This document shows positions 26,945 to 38,023 of a stretch of DNA of 64,000 nucleotides, piece by piece. The notes under the pieces were generated by a model. It ran no database searches and had not been told where the DNA came from. It saw only the letters and a program-made list of their open reading frames with translations. The position numbers were made by a program, and so were the translations under genes. The DNA is taken from IMG/VR virus record IMGVR_UViG_3300020044_008989, positions 32,001-96,000 of that record; one strand, written 5' to 3'. Positions within the stretch are counted from its first letter, which is position 1; the number at the start of each line of letters is the position of its first letter. The stretch comes from an uncultured virus (IMG/VR IMGVR_UViG_3300020044_008989). Lineage: Duplodnaviria; Heunggongvirae; Uroviricota; Caudoviricetes.

Positions 26945-27456
26945 CATTCGAACAATTTCTCTCCCCACTTGTTCCTTTATTTCTTTCAGCCACTAAATCT
27001 TATGGGTTGTCCTATTCCGATTCCCAAGATGCCATTCAAGAAGCAACAGTTTCTTTATGGAAGAAATTTTCTGCGGGCAAAATAGATTTGAACAAAAACA
27101 CCAAAGCCTACGCCCTGCAATTAATTCATTGGCGAGCAAAAGATGTTTGCCGCCTTCATCAGCGCCGCGATTCTTTATTCTCAACAGTAGAGGACGAAAA
27201 CAACCTAGACAGTCTGCCTTGCCCAATTAAGGCAGATTCTCCGCATCGCAATACGGAGATATGGGCTTTCGCCCAGAAAACTCTTAAACCCCGCGAATTT
27301 GAGATTTTCGCTGATCACTTTTTTCGCGGCAAAACAGTAGATGAAACAGCAGAACAATTTGGACTTGACAGACAGAACGTTTATCTGCTACGTTGTCGGG
27401 CACTCAAAAAAGTAAAAAAATACACCTATGAACGAAACCCTAAAACCCTACCTTGA
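26941..27456 (+). CDS. ECF-type sigma-70 family sigma factor
   Basis: SQDAIQEATVSLW (region 2); LKPREFEIF...KTVDETAEQFGL...RALKKVK (region 4). Confidence 0.85.
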   Translation: MTFEQFLSPLVPLFLSATKSYGLSYSDSQDAIQEATVSLWKKFSAGKIDLNKNTKAYALQLIHWRAKDVCRLHQRRDSLFSTVEDENNLDSLPCPIKADSPHRNTEIWAFAQKTLKPREFEIFADHFFRGKTVDETAEQFGLDRQNVYLLRCRALKKVKKYTYERNPKTLP

Positions 27457-27817
27457 AAAACTTCTCTCTTCTGGAGCTAAAACAGTAGAAGAAGCCGCAA
27501 AGTTTATCGAAACCCAAACGCCTGAATTAGGCAACGAGATTATTCGATGGGGCGCAATCTCAGAAAGCGCCGCGCCATTGATTTTTGGGGTGTTTATGTT
27601 TTTATGCGTCATTTTCCATTTTACCCTTGCGAAGACTAAGTGGTATATCAGTGGTTCTCTTGACGAACGAAATGGTGATCCCCCAGCTTGGTTGTTTAAT
27701 TTGGCCGTGTTTGTTCTGTTTTTTATTTGTTTTGCCGTTCAAATGATTGATGTTCTTTATCCTCTCGTGGCCCCACGCCTTTACATCCTCGAAAAAATCT
27801 CCTCATTAATTAAGTGA
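27428..27817 (+). CDS. Membrane protein
   Basis: Two TM segments; VAPRLYILE. Confidence 0.6.
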   Translation: MNETLKPYLEKLLSSGAKTVEEAAKFIETQTPELGNEIIRWGAISESAAPLIFGVFMFLCVIFHFTLAKTKWYISGSLDERNGDPPAWLFNLAVFVLFFICFAVQMIDVLYPLVAPRLYILEKISSLIK

Positions 27818-28035
27818 CTGACATCTCCAAAAAGTTCGCCCTAATCTGCGCCAAAGAACATCTGAACACTCTCGTAACGGACTATGTTATTATTGGCTTT
27901 GACAGAAATAACCTTGACGCGCCAATCTTTCAGGAGTATAATACAGACTCAAAAGAAATACTTGAAAAACTCTACGAGTTATTCATCAAGAGCATCGAAT
28001 TGAAAATATTCCCAGAAACCCCAGAGATAAACTAA
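27814..28035 (+). CDS. Hypothetical protein
   Basis: GTGA overlap. Confidence 0.45.
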   Translation: MTDISKKFALICAKEHLNTLVTDYVIIGFDRNNLDAPIFQEYNTDSKEILEKLYELFIKSIELKIFPETPEIN

Positions 28036-28036
28036 C

Positions 28037-28312
28037 ATGTACAACCCATTCAAAAAATCCTATCGCATCGAAGAATTTAAAAACCAAAACGGCGAAACAA
28101 AATTTGCCGCCAAGTATTATTCATTTTTGAGCAATATATTTGATTATGATAAGTTCATTTCGACATATGGTTCGTTGACCAGTAGATTTTCGAGATATAT
28201 TGAGCATTCTTCATTAGAAGATGCAAAATCGGCGATTGAAAAACATAAAACCGATCAAATCGAAAAACTTAAAAAAGAATACAAAAAATCAGCAATCCAC
28301 TATGTCGAATAA
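28037..28312 (+). CDS. Hypothetical protein
   Basis: Operon-packed ORF. Confidence 0.5.
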   Translation: MYNPFKKSYRIEEFKNQNGETKFAAKYYSFLSNIFDYDKFISTYGSLTSRFSRYIEHSSLEDAKSAIEKHKTDQIEKLKKEYKKSAIHYVE

Positions 28313-28538
28313 TCAAGCGGGCAAGGGGGACTCATTAAGAAAGGGCGCAAATCTTTCCGCCTACTGGAACAACTACGACAGTATTTTCCGCAAAACTCCA
28401 GTCGAAAAAACAATCACGGACGGCGAACAAATTTGGTATCCCTGTAAAAGACCAGATTGCGGCCTACATGTTGTAAGAATGGGCAAAGTTCAATGCTGGT
28501 GTGACGAATATTTTTGCGGAAATAAAAATGACCAATAA
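28302..28538 (+). CDS. Hypothetical protein (AGKGD motif, Cys-rich C-terminus)
   Basis: Start moved to ATG 28302; AGKGDSLR...YWNNYDSIF. Confidence 0.5.
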   Translation: MSNNQAGKGDSLRKGANLSAYWNNYDSIFRKTPVEKTITDGEQIWYPCKRPDCGLHVVRMGKVQCWCDEYFCGNKNDQ

Positions 28539-28694
28539 TCAAACGATTGAAGTCCTATCGGGATGCATTGACCTACTTGACCGCTATGAGAAAGTGTTGA
28601 TACAAGTATCCAAAGATAGTCTTTGCCCCGAAAATTTAAGAACCGCCGCTAAAAAAGTTCTTGACTATGGGGCGGAATTAGTGGAAGATTAAAT

Positions 28695-29129
28695 ATGTCC
28701 ACCAAAAAACCCAAAATCAAGCGCCCCTCATGGTACACTGGAATGTACTCTATTGTCTCAGCTACAGACGAACAGGTAAAAGAATATTTCGATTGGATAA
28801 ACAGCCTTCCTGAGCCCGCTCCTGAATTTAAAAATAATCGCTACACCTTTAAGAGTCGCTACGGCGAGGAGCGGTTTTTTGAATTAGATAACGGCGAATG
28901 GTTTTTCGGCGGCGAAAACCTTAATGATTACATTAGGGTAGGATACAAAGAATCTCCAGAAAACCCCACTTATATTGATGGTAGTGGCGGACCTTTTTTG
29001 GAGATTGGTTCGAAGTTTAAAAATCACGTTTCCGTATTGCCAGAACACAATCTTCAAATCACTGGCTTTAAAAACGAGAATGGCCGCTGGAAATTATCCG
29101 TAACAGGAGCAAAAGAAACAAAATCTTAA
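28695..29129 (+). CDS. Hypothetical protein
   Basis: YIDGSGGPFL; promoter upstream. Confidence 0.55.
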   Translation: MSTKKPKIKRPSWYTGMYSIVSATDEQVKEYFDWINSLPEPAPEFKNNRYTFKSRYGEERFFELDNGEWFFGGENLNDYIRVGYKESPENPTYIDGSGGPFLEIGSKFKNHVSVLPEHNLQITGFKNENGRWKLSVTGAKETKS

Positions 29130-29130
29130 C

Positions 29131-29496
29131 ATGGACACTCCAATATTCTCCGACCTATCATTTGATCTTGACGAAGATGGCTATCCCACAGAGGAAACCC
29201 TTGAAAAGATTGAAAGATTTAATGACTACAAGAACCTAGATAATTTGTTTGCGGCGATTAAAAATATTTGGGCGTATTCGTCTTATTTTGTTGGCCCAAC
29301 AGAAGAACCGCCGAAAGATGTTGCGCCGTTTCTGTGGATGGAGCCTAAAGCGAATTATTATTCCCTTGGTACTGCTGGCTGGAGTGGCAATGAAATGATT
29401 ATTGCGGCCTTAGAAAAGAATCCAATCGTTCAAGGTCTTTGTTGGGTAATGAGTGTGAGGGGCGGATTACACATTTACCAAGTAAAGCAATTCTAA
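29131..29496 (+). CDS. Hypothetical phage protein
   Basis: DEDGYPT...TAGWSGNE...RGG. Confidence 0.6.
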   Translation: MDTPIFSDLSFDLDEDGYPTEETLEKIERFNDYKNLDNLFAAIKNIWAYSSYFVGPTEEPPKDVAPFLWMEPKANYYSLGTAGWSGNEMIIAALEKNPIVQGLCWVMSVRGGLHIYQVKQF

Positions 29497-30039
29497 TATG
29501 GACACGAATTCTCTCCGCCAATTAATTCTTCTAGCAGAAAGCGACCTACAAAAGTTCGCCGCCCGATATTCTGGCTTTGAAAAAAATGACCAAAAAATCC
29601 AAGAATCCCAGCAAATAATTTGCGGCGCTAAAAAATTACTGGCCGAATTAGAAGGTTCGACAGAAGATTTAGGGGCTGACTGAATAAATTATTGACTTGT
29701 TTTGAAAAGTAAATTACAATAGACCCATGATCAACCCACTAGACCAACTCACCGCCGAACTAACCCTCGCCAAAGAAGCAAATGATCAACTTGCTGTTGA
29801 ACTTGCCAGATTGAGGCAGGAATATGATTTGATTGCCGTTCAATCTTGGGAGTTGCCAGAGGAGTAATGACATGTACGAATACAAGTTCTTCCTAAGAAA
29901 TCCATTTAGGCCGTTCACAGAAATTCATTCTTGTGATAGAGCTTACGATGAAAAATATTGGGAGCCGTATTGTTGGGTTATTCCTTTTCTTTTTCAAAGT
30001 TACGCTTGATAAGTTGATGGTGCGGGTTTAAAATGACCC

Positions 30040-30930
30040 ATGAAATTATCCCTCTGCTGTATCTCCCAAACATTATCTGACAACGGCCATTCGTTCAAAA
30101 CGATGACCTATACTCAGTTCTGTAAGCGGCCATTTGATTTGGCAATCGCAGAGTTAAGTGAGCGCATTCTTCACAATTTCGAGAACACCTTGCGGACAGT
30201 TCGGTTCTGTCAGCTTAATAACATTCAAGGTTATCGGTTGTCTAGTAGCCTTGCGCCAATTTTGACACATAAAAATGTCAACTTACGCATTGCCGATCTT
30301 CCAAACTTTTCTGCTATCAAAAGTGTGTGCGAAGAAATTAAAGCGGCGCTTCTTCTTTCTCCTTTGCGGTTGTCCGCCCATCCTAGTGAATATATCACGC
30401 TATCTAGTGATGATCCCGAGTGTATCCGTAATAGCATTCTCGACTTAAAGCAGCACGCAGAGATTTTTGATTTGTTGGACCTACCAAACGACTACCGTTC
30501 GCCGATGAACGTACATGTCCGCCGTGACGATGATCCAGTAAAAGTTGCCACCCGAGTCTGGGAGGTTTATGATGAACTTCCAGACAATGTTCGCAATCGC
30601 CTTGTCTTAGAAAATAACGACAATGCTAACGGCGTCTGGAGCGTCAAGAATCTCGTAAAGTATTTCCACGGTATCCCTGTCACCTTTGACACATTACATC
30701 ATTCTTTGCTCCCCGATGGATTGACCGATCAAGAGGCATTTGACGCCGCCTATGATACTTGGCCTGTTGAGCCGATTTTTCATTATAGTGAGGGTGTAAA
30801 TGGCACACGCAAACATGCCGACATGCCAGTTTCGTTTCCAAAAGATTATGGGCGCGAGGTTTTATTTGACGTAGAGATTAAGCGAAAGGATTTAGCCATT
30901 GCTCAGATCAGAAAATTAGCAGCCCAATAA
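30040..30930 (+). CDS. uvsE: UV DNA damage endonuclease (UVDE)
   Basis: YRLSS; RLSAHPSEY; RLVLENND; VTFDTLHH; HYSE; HAD; DVEIK. Confidence 0.92.
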   Translation: MKLSLCCISQTLSDNGHSFKTMTYTQFCKRPFDLAIAELSERILHNFENTLRTVRFCQLNNIQGYRLSSSLAPILTHKNVNLRIADLPNFSAIKSVCEEIKAALLLSPLRLSAHPSEYITLSSDDPECIRNSILDLKQHAEIFDLLDLPNDYRSPMNVHVRRDDDPVKVATRVWEVYDELPDNVRNRLVLENNDNANGVWSVKNLVKYFHGIPVTFDTLHHSLLPDGLTDQEAFDAAYDTWPVEPIFHYSEGVNGTRKHADMPVSFPKDYGREVLFDVEIKRKDLAIAQIRKLAAQ

Positions 30931-30932
30931 AT

Positions 30933-31361
30933 ATGACCCTAGAATTATTGCCACCCGAGAAAGAACAGCTTTCTAAACTGAAATTCCAGAAAGAAAAAGA
31001 CTCGTATAATACAGAGATTGACTATATTAGGATAAGTGACTTTTGCGAAAGCCCGTTTGTCAAAGATTTTATTGCGGCGCGAAAATTAAATTGCAAAAAT
31101 ATCCATGCGTCTATCATTATTTTCGGTACAGTAAACATGCATGTTGACGGAAGCCTTAAAAGGGAGTCTAAATGGAGAACCTTAATTATTTTTCTTGATG
31201 GAGAAGGAGAATTGGCTTATATTGACGACAACGAGAAAATCCAGTATGAGCATATGAAGAAATATTCAGCGATCATAATTAATGATGCAAAACCTCATGC
31301 CTTTATCAACAAAAACAAAACATTATGTCGGGCGATAGTCGCCGAACTAGAAATGGTATGA
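30933..31361 (+). CDS. Putative 2OG-Fe(II) oxygenase / cupin
   Basis: HVD...PH...R spacing. Confidence 0.55.
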   Translation: MTLELLPPEKEQLSKLKFQKEKDSYNTEIDYIRISDFCESPFVKDFIAARKLNCKNIHASIIIFGTVNMHVDGSLKRESKWRTLIIFLDGEGELAYIDDNEKIQYEHMKKYSAIIINDAKPHAFINKNKTLCRAIVAELEMV

Positions 31362-31563
31362 AAATGAAATTCTCCACATTCATTATCGAAAACGGCAATC
31401 TTATAAAAACAACCGCCGAAGATTTTTCTTTCAAATCAAAGAAAGAGCGCGACTTCTTTGTTTCAACGGCTAAATGTTTAAAAGCGGTGCCTTGGGAAAT
31501 TAAAAAGGGCCAAAAGGGCAACAAGAAAACTGAATATCACGCAACAATCCACAACCCAAGAGA

Positions 31564-31806
31564 ATGAACGACCATCCATTTATTGATAGCAACCTTCGCG
31601 AATTTATTTTCGCAACCCAAAGAAAATTAATCCCAGGAATTCGCTTCTTCCAATGCATTGACTGCGGAGAAGAGTGGAAAGAAAAAAGCCGCGATTGCCA
31701 TTCTCCATCGAATGATACCTGCCCTAGTTGCGGAAGTGATGTTTTTCCCCATGATAACGAAGAACATCCAGAATTCCCCGTTGACAGGTCGGGAAACTTG
31801 ATCTAA
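31564..31806 (+). CDS. Zn-ribbon protein
   Basis: CIDC...CPSC. Confidence 0.55.
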   Translation: MNDHPFIDSNLREFIFATQRKLIPGIRFFQCIDCGEEWKEKSRDCHSPSNDTCPSCGSDVFPHDNEEHPEFPVDRSGNLI

Positions 31807-31991
31807 GATAAGAACATGATCCCCAAACACGACCTCCTAGAGTTAGAAATCATTGTTGCAATTAAAGATTCATTTTGTATTTGCGCCGAAGATTTTCAGT
31901 TTTCGGAGGAAACTATTCTTGATTACCTTGACAAATGTTTCGCCGCAAAGAAAACTCTTGACGAACAAAATAAACTGAATTACATTCAAGC

Positions 31992-32474
31992 ATGAAAACA
32001 ACTACCATCGAACCAGACCCATTTGACGACATTCCAGCCTCCCCCGTGGAAATTAACCCCGACAAACAAAAAGAAATCGCCGCCTTGAGCGGTTACGAAT
32101 TAGCGCAAATTATTAAAGCCGCCGCTGATTATGTTGAGAAAAACAAGTGGGGGTTTTATTCAGATATTGAAGAAACCGTCAAATACTCCCTTGGTTACTT
32201 ACTCAAGACCGTGGAAGTTGCTCATGAGGCTCATAAAAAAGCCATGGAGGATCATTACGAACGTCTTTATGCAACATTCAACGAGTGCGATAAAAAACAC
32301 CATGACTTGACCACGAAAGTTAAAAGTTTGCCGCCAATTAAATTTCCCGAAGTTCCTTATGTGAATATCGAAGGGCTCCAACGACTGTTTGACATGGCCG
32401 AAAAGCTCTCTACCTTATCGGATAACAAATGGGGCCGACTGTTGCAATTGGCCGAAGCTTTAAAGGAAAAATAA
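31992..32474 (+). CDS. Hypothetical protein
   Basis: Leaderless promoter TTGACG-17-TACATT. Confidence 0.6.
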   Translation: MKTTTIEPDPFDDIPASPVEINPDKQKEIAALSGYELAQIIKAAADYVEKNKWGFYSDIEETVKYSLGYLLKTVEVAHEAHKKAMEDHYERLYATFNECDKKHHDLTTKVKSLPPIKFPEVPYVNIEGLQRLFDMAEKLSTLSDNKWGRLLQLAEALKEK

Positions 32475-32475
32475 C

Positions 32476-32904
32476 ATGGGCACCAACTACTACCTCCAAC
32501 ACGGCGTTTGCGAATGCTGCAAAAAACCAGACTCCACTCGCCATATTGGCAAATCCAGCGGCGGCTGGTGTTTCTCTCTTCATGTTTACCCAGAAGAGGG
32601 GATTAACACGTTAGACGATTGGAAGGTTTTATTCCGCGACCCTCAATCTCGGATTGTTGACGAGTATGGACAGCCTGAAATTATGCCTTCCATGTTAACA
32701 ATCATTGAAAACAGATATTGGAAACCACGAGGCGATAAACCGCCGTACGCGATGGGAATTGGAGAAAATACTTGGGGAGATTTCCACCGAAAAAATCACT
32801 CTTTTGACGGCCCAAATAATTTATTGCGCCACCAAATTTTAGAGGGTCATTGTATTGGCCACGGGGAAGGAACGTGGGATTACATTATTGGAGATTTTTC
32901 TTGA
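32476..32904 (+). CDS. Hypothetical phage protein
   Basis: MGTNYY...CECC...HIGKSSGGW...IVDEYG...DFS. Confidence 0.65.
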   Translation: MGTNYYLQHGVCECCKKPDSTRHIGKSSGGWCFSLHVYPEEGINTLDDWKVLFRDPQSRIVDEYGQPEIMPSMLTIIENRYWKPRGDKPPYAMGIGENTWGDFHRKNHSFDGPNNLLRHQILEGHCIGHGEGTWDYIIGDFS

Positions 32905-33103
32905 TATATGACGCGCCTAGAAGAACTAGAACAAAAACTCAGATTCATGCAAAAAGAAATCGAGTTTCTTAAGGGAAAAGAAAAACCAATACTCCAATAC
33001 AGCGACCTATCAAACTGCTGTTGCGACTATACGAATCACTGTCCCGTCCACGGCAGCACGCCAATATATGGCTACGATAGCTATATTGCTCAACCGTAAA
33101 TAT

Positions 33104-33916
33104 ATGATTAACAATCTCCAATCCATCCTAACACAGGATCATTTATGCACATCCGATCCTCTGTTTGTCGTCTATAGTAAGAAACCCATTGTTGTAAATG
33201 AAGCTTACGACTACGACGAAGTAGTTTATATGCGCGAGGATTACGAACTCGATTCAAAGGAGTTCGAGAAACTAGAAGAACAATATAACCTCGCATCTGA
33301 GGAGTTGTATAACCGCACAAGCGATTATAGCAATGATCCACTAATTAATAAGTTTCCCAGCGACCCATTTGATGAGGGCGAAACATTCGATCCTAATGAT
33401 TGGGATAGACTGTGCATAAAAATGATTGACTGTTTTGAACAGGCGTTCTTTATTCGGGAAAATGCCGAGAACTATATTCGCAATAACAGCCACAACTTGT
33501 CTGCCCCTTACATTTTTGCAGAGAGCGCTTACCGCAATCCAGAATGGCAACAAATTAGAGAACTATTAATTGCCGCCGCTAAAAAAGAAGAAAATATTTT
33601 CGGCAAATTGAAATTTGGTTTGAAATACGAGGATATTGTTGACGGAATGTGGGTGGTTTATTCAGAACTGCCAATCAGCAACTACGCTAATTCCTTAAAG
33701 CAAGTATGGAAAACAGAAAAAGGATGGCGCGAAAAAACTTTTGCCGTTCATTGGGAGGAAAAATACGATAGCGAAGACAATAATTGGTCTTGTGATTTTC
33801 AGCATATTTGGGATGAAAAATGTTACGCCCCAGTTGATTATGACGGGAAAAGTTCGCCCGTTGATTTCATGAATCAAGTTTTACCTCTAACAATTAAAGG
33901 GGAACAAGACGCTTGA
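33104..33916 (+). CDS. Ead/Ea22-like phage protein
   Basis: TQDHLCTSDPLF...HNL...ESAYRNPEW; start moved to ATG 33104. Confidence 0.5.
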   Translation: MINNLQSILTQDHLCTSDPLFVVYSKKPIVVNEAYDYDEVVYMREDYELDSKEFEKLEEQYNLASEELYNRTSDYSNDPLINKFPSDPFDEGETFDPNDWDRLCIKMIDCFEQAFFIRENAENYIRNNSHNLSAPYIFAESAYRNPEWQQIRELLIAAAKKEENIFGKLKFGLKYEDIVDGMWVVYSELPISNYANSLKQVWKTEKGWREKTFAVHWEEKYDSEDNNWSCDFQHIWDEKCYAPVDYDGKSSPVDFMNQVLPLTIKGEQDA

Positions 33917-34213
33917 CAGTCTCCCAATTAACGATTAATCTTTAAAAGCCATTTGGCGCTTGAGAATATGATTCATCCAACTGATCCGTTTGTTACCTTG
34001 GACATTAAAATTCGCCCCACACAAAAAAGTTCGGGCGAATATCAATACTCCTTGGGTAATCCACCCCTCCCAGAGAGGAAATTCATTGAGGCCGTCTATT
34101 ACCAAGGCATTGACATTACAGAATTTATCAACTACCACTGCGACGAACTGTTTGAAAAATGGGAAGAACAAATCAACGATTGACAACCACAAATTCAACA
34201 TTACACTACCAAC

Positions 34214-34558
34214 ATGCAAACCCGCCCACCCGCCAACAAACCCGCTCTCGATAACCTCAAGTCCCAAGGATGGACTGTAAACGTCTCGCATTGGCGTCGT
34301 CCAAATAAGGGGATGTTTAAGGCGAAACTTGTCCGAGATAAAGACTATCGTGATAGCCTAGGTAATCTTGCTAATCCATCTTTTTATTGGAACAACGAAA
34401 TTTCCCATTTTGGAGGCGCTACCGAATTAAAACTAATTCGCGGCGAAGAAAAAATTGTTGTGCGCGCCGATTGTTACGCGAAAGATCGTTTCTGCCGCCG
34501 AACAGGAATTAAGTTTGCCCTTGATAAACTTGAAAAATTGTGTGGTATTAAAGCGTGA
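34214..34558 (+). CDS. Hypothetical phage protein
   Basis: GGAT...CYAKDRFCRRTG; leaderless promoter. Confidence 0.55.
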   Translation: MQTRPPANKPALDNLKSQGWTVNVSHWRRPNKGMFKAKLVRDKDYRDSLGNLANPSFYWNNEISHFGGATELKLIRGEEKIVVRADCYAKDRFCRRTGIKFALDKLEKLCGIKA

Positions 34559-34682
34559 AAAAACTCTACCATCAACTAATGGCTAACTATCATTCGTTCA
34601 TGCTCGCTGGTAGTTATTCGCTAAATGACTTGCTTTATCACGGAGAGCGTGAAAATCACCATATAACCAAGGCTTACTTCTC

Positions 34683-35018
34683 ATGACTCAAGACCCCAAA
34701 ACCTCCAAAGGCAAATACATGTATATAGGCAAGGAACCCGCTAATCTCAAAGGCATGTTCTTTTTTAAACTCTCCGACCCATATAGGGAAGGCGACGAAT
34801 GGAAGTCAGGAGACACTGAAAAGCAGGTCTATATGATGGCTATGGACCGCCACTTGCAGCACGATAATCATCACAAGTACTTATCCACTACCAATTTCGG
34901 CGATCTTTCGGATTTGAATGATGTGACGATCTCAGAGAACGAGGGAGAAGCGGGCGGATTTTTATGGATGGGAAGCGTTCAAAAGTTTAAAGAAGATTTT
35001 AAGAAAGTAGGCAAATAA
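34683..35018 (+). CDS. Hypothetical protein
   Basis: ORF in a co-oriented run. Confidence 0.5.
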   Translation: MTQDPKTSKGKYMYIGKEPANLKGMFFFKLSDPYREGDEWKSGDTEKQVYMMAMDRHLQHDNHHKYLSTTNFGDLSDLNDVTISENEGEAGGFLWMGSVQKFKEDFKKVGK

Positions 35019-35386
35019 TGAACCCACCAACGGACCCACTAGAACTTCTAAAAGAAGCGTATCTCTTTATTGGTATGAGACACAAGGCTCTAAAACCATG
35101 GAGAAATGCCCTAGACCACTGGCAAAAAAGAGTGGAAACCGCTACAAACTGGAATCATTACGAAGAGGCAAAAAATTGGGGGAAAAAACAATGATTAAAT
35201 CCCAAACATTCTGTGATTTTTGCGGCGGAGAATTTCTGAGTACTTATTGGGATCATACGCCGTGCTCGGTTTCTTTAAAATTCGGTGGACCAGCACAAAG
35301 CTGGGAGTCCAAAGAAGCCGCTCATGTCTGCAAAGGTTGTCGAACAAAATTGCAAGAAATGTGGAAGGCGCTGATTAAAAAATAAC

Positions 35387-35656
35387 ATGATTAAACGCGG
35401 TGACTATTACGAAGATTGCGGGTATCATCCCCGCATCTGTATCTATGCTAGCAACACAGATATTCAGGGAGTTTCTCTGGTGGATGGAACGATTAGTGAT
35501 TGTTCGATTAGATATTGCCTCCCAAGAAAAATAACCCAAGAAGCCGCCATCAGAATCCGCACTTTCGGCCCTTATGGCAAAAAGAAAGACTATCTCAAAC
35601 AATTCTACGCTGGAGAATGGGGCGCTGGAAGAAAAATTTGGTGGCCCGAAAAATAA
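35387..35656 (+). CDS. Hypothetical protein
   Basis: YEDCGYHPRIC; operon-packed. Confidence 0.5.
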   Translation: MIKRGDYYEDCGYHPRICIYASNTDIQGVSLVDGTISDCSIRYCLPRKITQEAAIRIRTFGPYGKKKDYLKQFYAGEWGAGRKIWWPEK

Positions 35657-35891
35657 CATGCAAGACTACGGCCTAACCCAATTTCTCACCAAAACCTCTT
35701 ATCGCGGCGAAAAAAATTTCCATAAAACGACAACAAACGCCATAACCCTGCCTAAATTAATTGAATCTTTCGAGAATCACTTAAGGGGTGCGGGGTTTGT
35801 TTTTGAGGGGCATCTTGATTTTGTAGATGATGATGGAGAGTTGGTGAGAAAAGGTGTTGACGACAATAAACTTTGACATTAAATTAAAAAC

Positions 35892-36410
35892 ATGACTCCC
35901 GACAACCTAATCATTGAAGACTTCGATTTTTGCCAATATCCCATAACGAGAATCTACCCCTTGGGAGGTAAAACAGTAATCCAAATTGGTGAACCCTCTA
36001 CCGAATCGTCAAGAAAAGCTCTTGAGGATAAGCTTTTTGATTTGCAATGCGACTATGATTCTATGGAAAAGGAGCGCGATGAATTGTCGAATGAGCTTGA
36101 GTCTATCGGTGATTCTTCCAGCGTCAAAGCGGACAGAGAAGAGTTGCAACGGCTAGAGGATGCGTTTGACCAAATAGAGCAATCCATTAGTGATTTCGCT
36201 ACAGACGCCGACATTCGCCCTACTACAAACGAGGCAGATAACATTGACATGCTCCATGAAAAATACACAGAGCTAAAGAAAGAACTAGACGAGGCTGATG
36301 AAACTATTGGTGGAATGAGGATTGATAATAATGCACTGGCCTATACGATTTTCCGTCAAGAACAAACCATCGCCAAACTTGAAGAACTTTTGGCCGCGAA
36401 AGAAAAATAA
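35892..36410 (+). CDS. Acidic coiled-coil protein
   Basis: Heptad-rich; leaderless promoter. Confidence 0.55.
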   Translation: MTPDNLIIEDFDFCQYPITRIYPLGGKTVIQIGEPSTESSRKALEDKLFDLQCDYDSMEKERDELSNELESIGDSSSVKADREELQRLEDAFDQIEQSISDFATDADIRPTTNEADNIDMLHEKYTELKKELDEADETIGGMRIDNNALAYTIFRQEQTIAKLEELLAAKEK

Positions 36411-36412
36411 TC

Positions 36413-36814
36413 ATGAGAGACTTATATACCGTAATCACTCAACTCCTTGAGGTAATCCCCACGGGAGAATCCGAACTAATCCGCAAGCTCCAAGGAGTTC
36501 AAACAAAGATTTTATATGCCGCCCCTGAAACTCACGGGTATCATTTCAGACTCACGGCCTCAATTTTAGAGCGTCATTCACTTGACAAAGACGAACATTG
36601 GTTAAAGTCACACAGTCAATCTTTAACGACGATCCCGCACTACTCTACGTCACTCTTCCTGCGTAAACTGTCCTGCCGACTCAATTATTGGATCAACAAA
36701 ATCATTTCGGCCTTTGGTTTGTGCCCGAAGTGTTTTAAGGGTTTGTCGGCCAACAAACATCAGCTTTTTTGCACGAATCCAGATTGCAAATTTAGAACGT
36801 CAAAGATTTTTTAA
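36413..36814 (+). CDS. Hypothetical protein
   Basis: Operon-packed; C-terminal Cys pairs. Confidence 0.45.
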   Translation: MRDLYTVITQLLEVIPTGESELIRKLQGVQTKILYAAPETHGYHFRLTASILERHSLDKDEHWLKSHSQSLTTIPHYSTSLFLRKLSCRLNYWINKIISAFGLCPKCFKGLSANKHQLFCTNPDCKFRTSKIF

Positions 36815-37140
36815 TATGGAAAAGTTTAAGTTTTTTATCGTTGGTTGGATAATTGGGGGTTTACTTGGCATTTTGCTTGGCCTTCTTTTTGTGGAAGGGG
36901 CTATGAGACACCAAGCCATCGCCAACAATGCCGCCGAATATCGGGTAAACAAAACCACGGGCGAAGTTAAATTCGTCTGGCTAACCGCTCCACCAAAATG
37001 ACCGACTTTCTAACTCAACTAGACTCCCTTTGGCCCGCAACACATCAAGCTTTTGTGCTTGGGTTGTTGACGGGGTTATCAGTGGGAACATTAGTAATCG
37101 CCGCTCTTTTCTTGGGTGGGAAAATTAGATTTAATTAGTT

Positions 37141-37380
37141 ATGGCCAAACTCTCAGATAGACTCCGCCCTAATTCAGAAGCCGCGCCATGGGTTATCGAG
37201 GAGGTTAAGCGCATGGAGAATCTTTTGGATAGAGTTATTAAAGCGGGCGAACTAATTATAGAAACAATTAACTCTCATGAAATCGAGACGCTAGATTGTG
37301 ATAGACGCGGCGAAAAATATTGTAATTGTTTAGAACAAAGTCTTGCTTTGTGGGATAAGACCGTTAAATTCAGGAAATAA
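37141..37380 (+). CDS. Hypothetical protein
   Basis: LSDRLRPNSEAAPWVIEEV. Confidence 0.5.
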   Translation: MAKLSDRLRPNSEAAPWVIEEVKRMENLLDRVIKAGELIIETINSHEIETLDCDRRGEKYCNCLEQSLALWDKTVKFRK

Positions 37381-37381
37381 T

Positions 37382-37819
37382 ATGACAACGCGCATCTTTA
37401 GTAAGGTCAACAACCTATACACTAACTCCCCACTTTGGCCCTCTAATCAGCGGTCATTCTCGGATTGGGCAATTGCTTCATGCGGAAAAGTGGTAGAATT
37501 AATTTATTTCGGTGCTAGAAACGACGCGGTTGTTCAGATTCATGAGTCTAAAGACTTTATTGCGGAGCCTTGGACTGGTTATTTCGACGCAAGAGGCAAA
37601 AAAATCTATCGCGGCGACATTTTGGGGGCATTTAAGGGCATCCATGATGAAATTGACCCATCCTACGAAACAGAGGTTGTCTGGCATGAGGGAGGATTTT
37701 ATTGCAAGGATGAGCAAATGGTTCCCGACTCTTGGATGCCATTGGAAATGGAAAACAAGGTATGGAAGCGTCACTTCATTAAAACAACCATTCACGGTGT
37801 AGAATATTTCGATGTTTAG
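37382..37819 (+). CDS. YopX-like protein
   Basis: WTGYFDARGKKIYRGDIL...VVWHEGGF. Confidence 0.65.
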   Translation: MTTRIFSKVNNLYTNSPLWPSNQRSFSDWAIASCGKVVELIYFGARNDAVVQIHESKDFIAEPWTGYFDARGKKIYRGDILGAFKGIHDEIDPSYETEVVWHEGGFYCKDEQMVPDSWMPLEMENKVWKRHFIKTTIHGVEYFDV

Positions 37820-38023
37820 AATGATCTTTGGACTAATTGGGTGGGCGATTTTAAAAATTGTTGGGGAAATCTTATGGTTTTTATATGGCCGCGAGAAAAA
37901 AGTTGCTCTCCAGAATAGAGTGAGAAGGTCGGCGCGGAGACTTTGGAACAAGACTTGGTGTTTTTGATTCTCAAACGCCGAAGGGCTTGTGAGTGTAAAA
38001 GATAGTAGCCCCCCTAAACTACT

